A stretch of DNA of 61,338 nt, filler included, from Circinaria calcarea (taxonomy: Eukaryota): assembly GCA_051942165.1 (NCBI GenBank). It is 6 parts of 6 records of this genome, joined end to end, with 100 filler letters (N's around TTAATTAATTAA, not from the genome) between each part and the next. Parts side by side here need not be neighbours in the genome. Positions count along the whole stretch, not along the records: positions 51,224 to 61,338 come from JAVECS010000845.1; 5 more parts are not named here. One strand, 5' to 3'. Positions 51,224-61,338 of the stretch are shown here, piece by piece. The position numbers and the translations under genes are program-made. The notes under the pieces are model-generated. The model was not told the DNA's origin, searched no databases, and worked only from the letters and a program-made list of their open reading frames with translations. Every line of letters begins with the position of its first letter. Position 1 is the stretch's first letter.

Positions 51224-51698
51224 GCACCTTTTGCCAAGAAGTCGCTTCCGCCAGTCTCGATTGGGAAAAGTTAAGCGAACTAAGCCTGTTGCGGAGATTA
51301 AAGAGCGCCGCAACTCTGCAGGTCGTATTCAGGGGAAAAAGTGTGGGAAGCCATTGAAGGCCTGTGGATTCAGCTTTGCCTCGATCAGCCCTTGTTGGTG
51401 CGGTGCCATCCACGTGCCTTTAGTCATGGCTTCCCGGCTTCATGCTGACTGCCACACGGCGACTAAGAGGGGGAGCTGCAAGAAGAGCAATGCAGCGTGT
51501 TGGCTTAAAGAGCAGCTTCTGCCCGTCTGGATCCACTCTCTATTCTTTCTTTGCGTGCAAACAGGCATTCTACTCTGTAGTCTCCTTCATTGTTTCTTAA
51601 CGACCCAGCTCGTAGCCTCTTTTCTACTGTAGTCGAGACCCTGGGAATTCGCCAAGGTCCTACTGTCATCGCGATCGCATCTTGGAAGCTGTCCCAAG

Positions 51699-52711
51699 AT
51701 GGAAACCGGAACGAGTCAGGCCCATCCCCATGTGGTTGCAGTACCCAAGTGGATTCGGTTCGTCCACGTCGCCCAGGCTGTCCTCGCTCTCATCGTCCTC
51801 GCCCTCGTGTCTTACTCTCTGAGCGTCTACAACTCTCTCGACTTTGGGAACACGTATGGCCTCAGTTTTCCTGTAAATATTCCCCGCTGCTCTGGTCCGA
51901 GCGAGTGAGTGCAGTGCGCTGATGTCCACCTATAGATTGTCAATTCTTGGGGATTCAATATCTTCACTGTCCGTATTCAATTCGCTCGATTTGAAACGGT
52001 AATACTAAGTTCGGAATAGGTTATTTACACATGGATTATCATCGTATACATCGAGCTGAGCCCTCGTTTTCTCCCATCCATCTACAACAAGTGGGCCGTA
52101 TTCGTACTTGAGGATGTTGCGGCCCTTTTCTGGCTCTCCTCGTTCTCTGCTCTTGCCTCCTATACCGCCACCACCATCTTGTTCACCTGTCGCCAGAGTG
52201 CCTTTGGCGAACTTTTTGACTGTTCACTCGCACCGAGAAACAGTAGCGCCGCCGCCGCTGGTATAGGAGGCTTATTATTGTGAGACGAATACACTCTCTT
52301 CAAGATAAATTAGCATGCTGATCGGGTTGCTCGTTTAGCGTTTTGTTTGTCATCACCGCCGTCGTCTCGGGTCTGCATATTATCCGCCATTATAGAAGCA
52401 CAAGGACCGCTGGTCAACAAAACCAAGCGCCCTACACTGGTCAGTCGAACGAAATGCAGAATGTGACGGGCATGAACAAGTCGATGACCGACAGCGCTGG
52501 CATCAACACATCTGGTGATGCTCACAACCACTCCACCAACCCTGGATACACCCAAGGTCCGAATGTCCAAAACCAAGGCGCATACAATCAGTCAGCAAAT
52601 ATGGAAAGCCCAGCTACCTACAACCAACCACACAATATGTCCAATCATGCCACGTACCAGCAGCCAAACACGCAATCAAATCCCCCTCACTACGCCACAA
52701 CTGGGGTCTAG
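51699..52711 (+). CDS. MARVEL-domain four-TM membrane protein, multi-exon
   Basis: AQAVLALIVLALVSY, GFNIFT, YNKWAVFVLEDVAALFWLSSFSALAS, AAAGIGGL, Q/N-rich tail. Confidence 0.8.
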
Positions 52712-53346
52712 TACACTTGTCTGTTCTCGTGGTGTCTGAAAAGGAACGGCGTTTTGTTTGGGCAAGCCAGTTTACCGTCTTTCTCAACCGGACTGATGAC
52801 TCAATATGATATCCCCCTTTGAAATGCGGCTTGGGAATTTAGTCTCTGTTTGCTTATTGGTCAAAGGACCACGCGGTTAATGTAACGACATGTACTTCTT
52901 TCCAAATATCGCTGTCAATACAGGATATGAAACTTGACATGGAAATATAAAGTAGTATAAGGCCCCTATCGCTCTTTCCTTTGATGCTCTTGTGGCAGTA
53001 GGGCTATTGTCACCTACTTATCTTCATCCCCTACCATTACTGTGTAATCCAGCCTAATGTTCCGAGGTAAGAGGTAGAATATCGATTAAGACTCCGAGTG
53101 GATGGCGGGCTTGGAGCCGACCTCCCACTAAAGAAATGACGAAGCGCGCTTCTACGCCATTAAACCCAAGCACCCTAGAGCTTTTGAGTAGATGCTCTTT
53201 GACTCTCTGGGAATGAAGACTCTTTTCGTTACGGGTCACCCGGCATGGCCTCGTTGGCCTCACGCGCCGACCTCAATCGTATTGTAATTAGCCTGTGCTG
53301 GATTGGCCTCTACTCCTATTCAATCATTTCCGTGCTAGCCCCTATC

Positions 53347-55370
53347 ATGCTTTGTACAGCCTGTCAGGCCATATTCAATCGCGGAACGCCTCTATCTGAG
53401 AATATGAATACTCACCATAAGACCTTTGCTACTCTATACGCCGCAGCATCATCGGGATGTCGAATATGTCGCAAACTGTGGAAAACGTTTGAAGATCACC
53501 CGAATCAGCGGCCACCAGTCTCTCCACTTGTACAATCAAAACGTAACGCCACTGAGTACAGACTCTTCCACAAAGAGCCACCAACTAGGAATATGCTGGA
53601 AATAAAATTCGATGCACTCCCCGCTAACAATAATGCTTTTGGTGAATTCTTCACAATCATTTCCACTCGAGGTCTGACGACCCAATAGTTTTATTATAGA
53701 TAAACTGACCTGAGTTTAACCTAGAGGAGACGGAGGTCCTCGTCTGCGACCAACAGATAGGTTCCGACATTCTATCGGGATCGACTTGGAGTCTTATTCA
53801 AAACTAGTTTGATAATTGTGCAAGTAAACATGGGAAATGCAACCAAGTCCGGCAGCAATACAGATGGTATCCAACCCGTCTCCTCAACTTGAAAGATCAC
53901 GCGACCTCGAATGTTATGCTGATTGATACGGCCGCTATGCGTCTTGATGGTCCATACGTTTCACTGAGCCATCGATGGGGTGGGACTTCGATCACAATGA
54001 CTACACAAGATACATTAGCGATGTTCATGGATGGAGTCGAAGTTTCCAGCCTTACACAAACATTTCAAGACGCTATTATAATTGCCAAAAAACTGGGGAT
54101 ACAGTATCTATGGATTGATTCCCTCTGTATCATCCAGGGTGATTCTAAGGATTGGCAGCATGAAGCCGCTTTGATGAACCATGTCTACATGAATGCGGTG
54201 TGCAACCTGTCAGCTCTCGGCGCCGAATCTAGTCATGAGGGACTGTCCCTTCCTCGCAATGCCGAGTTAATTCGGCACCAGCCTGTCGTTCAAGTGGCCT
54301 GGAAAGATTATCTCAATGAAACCTACGCCATTATCGACGAAGACTTCTGGAGTGATCGCGTGCACAACGCACCCTTAAACCATCGAGGATGGGTCTTCCA
54401 AGAAAGGCTGCTTGCTCCTAGAGTTCTACATTTTGGTTCTGAACAAGTATTTTGGAAGTGCCACGAAATGGATGCTTGTGAAACATATCCACACGGATTA
54501 CCGAAAGCTCTAAAGAAGGATCATTCGATACATTTCAAAGCTTTAGACCTAGGTTCGCCCGCCACCTATCAACGGGAGCATTCTCCTGTGGACCAAGTGT
54601 CTATCCACGACGAGTACGACATCTAGCAGAATATAGTAGTACAATATACCAAGTGCGCTTTAACAGTGGATGGGGATAAATTAGTTGCCATATCAGATAT
54701 CGCAAAGAAATTTCAGTCGAAGCTTCAAGACGAGTACTTGGCTGGGCTCTGGCGACGTATTCTTCTTAATGATCTGCTTTGGCAGGCCGATCCAAAAGAG
54801 AATGAGTCGAAAGGACGTGCTCCAAGGCGACCGAATAGCTACCGCGCCCCCTCCTGGTCGTGGGCATCCATCGACGGTGTAATACACCCAGGGGGACACT
54901 TCTTTACATTCAATTATGAAAAAAGAGCTGTGGCTACTATACTAGACGCTAAGACATCTCCCATATCAGAGGATCCTACTAGCCAGGTGATAGGTGGAAT
55001 GATCCGCCTCCATGGTGTCCTATATCCGAAAAGGCTTGAAATCAAAAACACGAAGTTTCGTTTGGCGTCGATATTTGACGCTCATGATAATTTTATAACG
55101 CAGTTGAGCTACGATGTTAGACCAAAGCCTCCTACTCAGACCCGCACAATCTACTGTCTTCCTCTTTTATTCCGGGATGACGGGGACAACTTCGTAATAT
55201 GGGGCTTAGGCTTAGAGCCTTCAGGGTTGGGGTAAGGTGTGTATAGGCGCTTTGGAGTTTTCTATGTGAATGGGATAGAGGAGTGCGAAGCACTCCAAAA
55301 AGAGACCGTGCATGTAGAAGAAAGGCGGAAGCTTTATTGCGAAGAGGAAGACGGTGTGCTTATTATATGA
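53347..55370 (+). pseudogene. TOL-like HET-domain protein gene with three in-frame stops and no frameshift seen
   Basis: MLCTACQ, GCRIC, PTRLL, YVSLSHRWG, YLWIDSLCIIQGDSKDW, PLNHRGWVFQERLLAPRVLHF, YLAGLW, RAPSWSWAS; TAG 53805-53807, TAG 54624-54626, TAA 55233-55235. Confidence 0.88.
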
Positions 55371-56917
55371 AGAAGTACAGAATTGGCATAGGATAGAAGG
55401 CAGATACGCGAAAACACGAATGTTTATAGATGAAGGACAGTAGGAAAGATGGCGGTCTCAGAGACCGGGATGCCACCAAAGACGCCTTGAATGCCCTTCG
55501 ATCGCTTATAGGGTTGAGACTTAAATTTCTGTCTGGACTGATCCTAATAATGGACCCTAGCAAGGGACATCCTCACTTCCTTTCGCACGCACCATCAACC
55601 GTGGTGCAATCATCTCGTGAATGGAGTATATCCGGGAAGCCTCTACGTCTAGCATTTCATCTTCACAAAAAGGAGGTGAAAGAAAATGATGGATGTTTGG
55701 ACTTAGCTGCGTGGCTCAGCCATGGAGTCAGGTTTGGACTAAGTAGTTTACAGATCCTCTACCTCCGACCAGCGGGATGATCCCCCAGTCAGCCCGTTTG
55801 GAAGCCAAGAGACATGTTTTCGAAAATAACGAGGAGCTCCTTTCATCGAAGATTAAGCGTCTCGCTAGCGAATTGAGCATTACGGAATATCTGGAAGAAG
55901 AAGAAGGTTGGGATTATATTAGCCAAGACGGCAGATCTAGAGAATGGATGGGACAATAGTGTAAGCTTCCTTTGCTTGCTCGTAGCGCAGTGGAGATTGG
56001 AGAGTTTCTTTTGAGTAAGATGTTGTGCAGCTTTTAGCACACCTTTGGTAGAAAGTAGGGACGAAAACGGGGAGTTTGAGAAATTGAGCGCGTACGAACT
56101 ATTAATGTACAACTTATCTTACATATTCTCTTTGGCAGTTCAGGTCAGAGTATACTCTCCAGGATCAACGCCAGCGATCCCGAGGGTTGTCAATATATTA
56201 TAGCAAAGATTTCGCACTGCGGCCATATCCCTGATTCTTACTCATTCCCCGCATGCCTGACCCGCTGCACGAGATTGTTCTACAGATGCACTTTTAATCC
56301 TCAATCCGGCTTTAAACTTTCAACAGGCTGCTCAACTTCATACCTCCATACGAATCCGGCCTCTAGTGTCGCCTCTCCCTGAACGCCTCCTTTCCCATAA
56401 CACTATTCGTGTCTGTACTCGTCCCTTCTTTTTTACTTACGATTCAGTCCAGATACGTCAAAAATCGAGAACAATCCTCTAGGGTCCGTTGATCTATTAT
56501 TAATCAGATAGCTTGCTGATACTATTGGAAAACGGGTTATGACCGAAGCACAATCTGCTTCTATATTGCACGTTAAACGAGATGGTTTCTATGCCCACAT
56601 CGACTCCGTGGGAGAGTTAAAAGTATCTGCTCGCTAGGACTATAGTGTTGGGTTATAAATCGGAACACATTCAAGTGCCTAAAAGAGCCGAGTGTTGTTG
56701 ACCTTAAGCGAGGCTCTGTGCTATAAAATAGACACTCACCACGCCTCATTTTCCTTACCTTTACATCTATCCGTCAATCTCACAAAACATCATCTCAAGG
56801 TCTTGAAACACTGCGGACTCAATACTACCTTTCAATCACCTACCACAGTTAGTATCCTATGATCTAAACTTCATCCCGCAGCGACACTGACCATACAGCC
56901 CTAGCCATCAAACCACC

Positions 56918-57620
56918 ATGAACACCAGCAAACCCCGCTTTGACCCAAAGACCCAGCCTTTACCCATGGCCGTCCCATCGATCGACCCAACACGGGTCCT
57001 GCACCACCTGAAGAATCTTTCCACGCGCTTGGACGTGGGATATTTTGCAAAGCTGCTCGCCACGAGGGGCAAAATCTGCTTTCAGAGTCTAACTTGGAAC
57101 GGAAATAGCGACGTGTCATCCCGCCAGACCTGGGACGCGCTCAAGCACTGGGCGGGAGTCTTCATGGACGGCTTCGACCCGATGTCCTTGATGACACTGG
57201 GACCGTTTCATGTTTCAGGGAAATCGCCTTGGGTCGATGCCCAGCAGTATGAATGGATACATCAATGGGTCCGTGCCAGCATTGACGCACTCGAGCGTTT
57301 CACTCGCGAGTATCCGGGCGAGAAGATGCGAAAGGTAGATTGGAAGGAGAAAGTGGTGCTTGGCAAAGCGTTTGATATAGGGATCTTACGGGTTCGAGGT
57401 AAGGTTTCAAGATGAAATACCAAACCTACTGTCATGGTGCCTAATCAATCCCCTTCTTTCAGATGCCAAAGCCAGTACAGCCGAAGTCCGCGAAACTGTC
57501 GAGCAAGGCAAAGGTGACGAGGACTGGGTCGATGTTGGAGATAGCCGGGACGCTGGCAACGCGGCCGACCGAAATGGGATGGACATTTCAAAGGAGTGGA
57601 TGGTAGTTACGAAAGGATGA
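56918..57620 (+). CDS. Hypothetical protein, 2 exons
   Basis: CACCATG start, TATAAAA at ~56722, GTAAGG...CTAAT...CAG intron ~57399-57461 extending the frame to TGA at 57620. Confidence 0.55.
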
Positions 57621-58453
57621 TTGCCGTCTAACTCGTCCTCCAACCTTTTTCGATCGTCCGCTCAGGGAACGATTGGGCATGAGAACAGAATGTGAGAGGA
57701 TTGGTGGTCGTGGGTTACGCTGCTTTTGGACTTTTTTGCACTGGCTCGATACGATCGTATCTAGATAGATATTTGTAAATCGGGTTCGCGCGCTCTCAAA
57801 GGGGTTCTGTGGTCCAAGAAGTCGAGAGATAGATATGTGAATAATGAGGATTCCACGAGAAAGACTTTGTCGGAGAAAGTCGAAGTACTTCCCTTAAACA
57901 TGTGATAAGACTTTGCAAGCTTACGTGAATCGTTTACAACCGCCTGCCTGCCTATATCAAATCACTTACCTCCTTTGTTATCCACTTAACCGAGCTTATG
58001 AGATATTACCCCTTATATCCATACACGTAGTCCAGCCGACAGTACGATAATGATGAGGTCCGAACTTATCGCCTGAATCACCTGAGAGGCTTATATTATC
58101 TTTTAAAGCTAACAGCAATCAGCCAAATAAGGTGTGTTTGTTAATGGGTAAGGCGGCTCATATCTAACACTTCATGAAGAAACACAAGAGTATCGGACTT
58201 CCTGTGCTGAGTGTTAGCATAATAATTTACATGCTATATAAGGTTTTATTCCTCATACCTATACTTTTAACGTTCTTCTTCCTTGAATATTTTTTTTGGG
58301 AATGATAATTTAGTATACTTTACTCTCGTCCGTCACATTTCATATCAGCATCAGCCCGAGTAAGTATCTTACCTTTAGTTTCGCAATCCCTCCCGGGTCG
58401 AGCTCTAACCATTTTTTTGGAATAGTGGCCTACCTTAACCTATCTATATCAAA

Positions 58454-58893
58454 ATGTCCAGAGGACGGTCAAGGCTGAAAACACCGGCACCAGAACCTGC
58501 TCCGTCTCTCCCGCCTACGCCCAAAAGCGTATCATTCTCGACTGGCAGCACATCGGTAGTAATACCAATATCGAGGAGGACTCCAAAGCTGCAGCTTTCG
58601 ATGGTAGTAATTCCAACGACGGCACAGAAATCGTCGATTCGATCACTGCGGGAAAACCGGAGCGAGAAACTAACTCTCTACCTGTTAAAGGTAACACAGA
58701 AGGTTGTGATGACGGCGATGAAATGGAGGATGCACTCTTCGATGTGCTCGACGACGGTACAATTCTTTACAATTCTTTACAAGTCTGTTACCGTGAGAAC
58801 CCCGGCATCACAAGTTGTTCCAATAAGAAGCAAGATGGCAGTTCGGTACTGAGACGAAGGCTGGAAGATGAACGGACGAATCATGGTGCCTGA
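58454..58893 (+). CDS. Possible small hypothetical or decayed gene
   Basis: AAAATG start with a basic/Pro-rich N-terminus; an acidic protein-like stretch lies in another frame, so a frameshift or intron is needed. Confidence 0.25.
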
Positions 58894-59948
58894 AGCCGGT
58901 ACATTAATCTACTAGTCGATCACCGTGAGGTATCCAGCACTAGCAGGAAACTTCGTCTCTCCCATCTGGTTAGCGAAGTGTACCTTAATCCACTTAAAGG
59001 GCTCTCAATCTGGGAAGACCTTGACTGGTTTGGGCTGCAGGGATTGAGTCAAAAGTTCTAGATCCTCAGTTGACTATTGAATTGAGGAGAGTCGCGACCG
59101 CAGTTTATTGAGAAAGGGAGATTTCAAGCGAAAGAGAAGAGGGGGCGGACTTCATCGCTGTTGATAAGAAAATAGATCAATAACAGAGACTCTTGGACCT
59201 AATTCCTCTGGTAACAGTAGCTTTTAGATGATCTTTATTGAACTCCGTCGATATGCCTTGATATTCCGCTTAGTTTGCGTTTAACCCCAACCTAATCCTC
59301 GTTAAATTAATATCGACATCCCGACTTCGTCTATTGGCCGAATGCCAAGTGATAACCTCAAACGAGTATGCCGGGCATTGTGAAGTAAATATCTGCATAT
59401 ATAACTTTCTGCACCTGCCTCTTCTCCTCATTTTCATCCTACCCACATGCATTCTAGGCAAACAAGATTCCTAGAAAGCCTGATTGAAGGCTAGTACCAG
59501 AGGACCTTAAAGTAGACCGTGGCCGCAAACGTGAATTGTCAAGGTCAAGCTATGTATGAACGAACTATACTAAATTGCACCGCTGATGTTCATGTAGGGT
59601 GATTTAGCTACGATAAGTGCATTCACTTGTACAAGGCATGTATGTGAACTGTCAAATGTGTGGTCAATGGCACTACTGCTATGCCTGGATAGATTGAAGT
59701 AGAACATGTACATCTTGGAAAAATACCGAACGTGCACATAGAAAACGGCTCAATGTGACCATCTTAAGTTAATCTTCAGCCTTGCTTGGCTCAAAGTACC
59801 GTGTATTTTACGTTCTCCTTTTTAACCAACACCATGTCGAGAATCATTTACTACCTGACACCGAACCCGGCATCTAACATTGCCGTATTCAAACCCAGAG
59901 TGATCTAGAAAACTCGATGTCCCAATGGCAGTTTGCTTTGACGATAGC

Positions 59949-61298
59949 TCAATGCTTCTGATTAGACTGAGTGTGAAAGCCTCCGTTACGTCTGCCGGAT
60001 GCAGTGTTTCCGCCAGCAGCTTTCACCGATGTGACCCGAATTTTCGCACCTGGCTTCGAGAAAATTGATCTTTTTGTAACCATCGGAATTACGATGGCCG
60101 GTAGCTTCTTAGCCATTCTGCCTTCCTTACTCGACGAAGTATGTCGGTCAAGTGATCTGAACTCTGCTTTAGTGTTCTTTGGAATTGCCAATTCGATCAT
60201 ACTTCCAGAATCGGATTCGGAGTCTCCTGTGGGACCACCTGACTCAGCCCATTTCATTGCCTTCATCTTAGCCTTACGGTTGGCCCCTATTGGGTTGCTG
60301 GGAGTACTGCGGGAAGCACCAGGTTTTAATGTGGAGGGACGAGTGTCTGCTAATGAATTCGACAGTGCTTCGGCTTCCGGATCGTCAATCACCATGTCAA
60401 CGTCCGTTCTAAGACTTGAAACGAGGTCTGGCAATAAGTTGACTCCATTAACGGTAGAATCACCTGTGAAGGGCGAAACAGGACGATCGCCGGACTGCTT
60501 TTTCGTCGGAGGTCGACCTCTAGGTTTCTTAGGTAGCTCCTTTGTTGAATTTTCGTCTGCGGCAGGAGACCTTCTAGCCAGATAGCTGGGAAGCGGCCGC
60601 TCTTTTGACTTTCGTTGGTGTGCCTGAGTCTCTTGTGGGAGCGACTCGTGACCTTCTTCCACCTCAGATTCGTCCGAGACATCAATGTGAGTTAATGTCG
60701 ATTTACGTCCATTGCAGTTTTGAGCTGCAGAAGATCGTCGATTTCCTGATCTACTATTTGAGAAATCTTCATCGGTCTCAACTCGTACTCTTCTCTTCTT
60801 TGGAAACACTTTACTCATTACCTTCTGGGCGTCGGAGAAAGGTTTAGTAGGAAGGTCTGATTCAAGTAAGGTGGTATCCCTTCTATCGTTAACAGCATCG
60901 CCACCTAAATCCATTTGTTCGGGCGATTCAGACACAGCGGCAGAGCCATTAATCCTCGCCAGGGGTAAACTACCAATGGGCAATTTAACGAGAAGCTGTT
61001 TGCCAGAGATTGCGGCCTCTGCGCTGATGTAGCGACCTTTTCTTTTTGCCTCTGCTAGGATACGCTGAGTTTGCACTTGTTGAAACTGGGCATTCGCATC
61101 ATTCTTGGGGGAAGGCGCTGCATCACTCTGGATTAGATGATAGTGACTCTTCCGCTTGCGCTTTTGGCCAGCACCGGTTAAGGGCACATCGCGTGGTAGA
61201 GAGTTTGTTGATTGAAAATTTGCACCCTGAGGAGACAGACCATCGACGTATTGTGAGGTTGGATCAGGGTATTTATACGTAATACCATTGGCTGCCAT
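59949..61298 (-). CDS. Hypothetical low-complexity nuclear protein with AT-hook
   Basis: 449-aa ORF; KKPRGRPPTKK AT-hook; NLS-like QKRKRK and PKKRRVR; true start and end may involve unseen exons. Confidence 0.65.
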   Translation of the reverse strand: MAANGITYKYPDPTSQYVDGLSPQGANFQSTNSLPRDVPLTGAGQKRKRKSHYHLIQSDAAPSPKNDANAQFQQVQTQRILAEAKRKGRYISAEAAISGKQLLVKLPIGSLPLARINGSAAVSESPEQMDLGGDAVNDRRDTTLLESDLPTKPFSDAQKVMSKVFPKKRRVRVETDEDFSNSRSGNRRSSAAQNCNGRKSTLTHIDVSDESEVEEGHESLPQETQAHQRKSKERPLPSYLARRSPAADENSTKELPKKPRGRPPTKKQSGDRPVSPFTGDSTVNGVNLLPDLVSSLRTDVDMVIDDPEAEALSNSLADTRPSTLKPGASRSTPSNPIGANRKAKMKAMKWAESGGPTGDSESDSGSMIELAIPKNTKAEFRSLDRHTSSSKEGRMAKKLPAIVIPMVTKRSIFSKPGAKIRVTSVKAAGGNTASGRRNGGFHTQSNQKH

Positions 61299-61338
61299 CC
61301 TTCCCGCATTGGTAGTAGGAAGATTTTCTTGATCAATC

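Noticed and set aside
36906..54626. Genome-wide TAG reassignment (alternative genetic code)
   Set aside because: SNP1, MRPL51, TPI1 and COA1 terminate at TAG at the expected C-termini, and other broken genes also carry TAA, TGA and frameshifts

Overview
This is intron-containing genomic DNA from a filamentous ascomycete (Pezizomycotina), and it is not one continuous locus. Five identical 100-bp artificial spacers (N44-TTAATTAATTAA-N44) join six segments of 10156, 10154, 10142, 10136, 10135 and 10115 bp. These are contigs concatenated by decreasing length, so nothing should be read across spacers. Contig 1: compact housekeeping block (MDM10, MRT4, U1-70K/SNP1, MRPL51, TPI1) plus a cytochrome P450. 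Contig 2: a dead Zn(II)2Cys6 transcription factor interrupted by a ~577-bp non-autonomous TIR element, a secreted PAF-acetylhydrolase-like esterase, SF3B14/p14 and a vacuolar membrane protein. Contig 3: an SKG6/Mid2-like membrane protein, mitochondrial L3, an F-box-like Cys-rich orphan and a 5'-truncated COA1. Contig 4: head-to-head F-box-like and HET pseudogenes, an alpha/beta hydrolase with one premature TAG, and a partial coiled-coil gene. Contig 5: F-box protein, AKR7-like reductase, secreted FAD oxidase and PTH11-like membrane protein. Contig 6: MARVEL protein, a TOL-like HET gene broken only by three nonsense codons, and orphans including an AT-hook protein. The most notable signals are the MITE/foldback-like element with RIP-type Cys-to-Tyr hits around it, TAG codons at Trp positions in otherwise intact genes (RIP damage versus A-to-I stop-correction editing), and catalytic-motif substitutions in the P450 and FAD oxidase. 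All calls come from reading and motif recognition only; no searches were run and exon boundaries are manual estimates.
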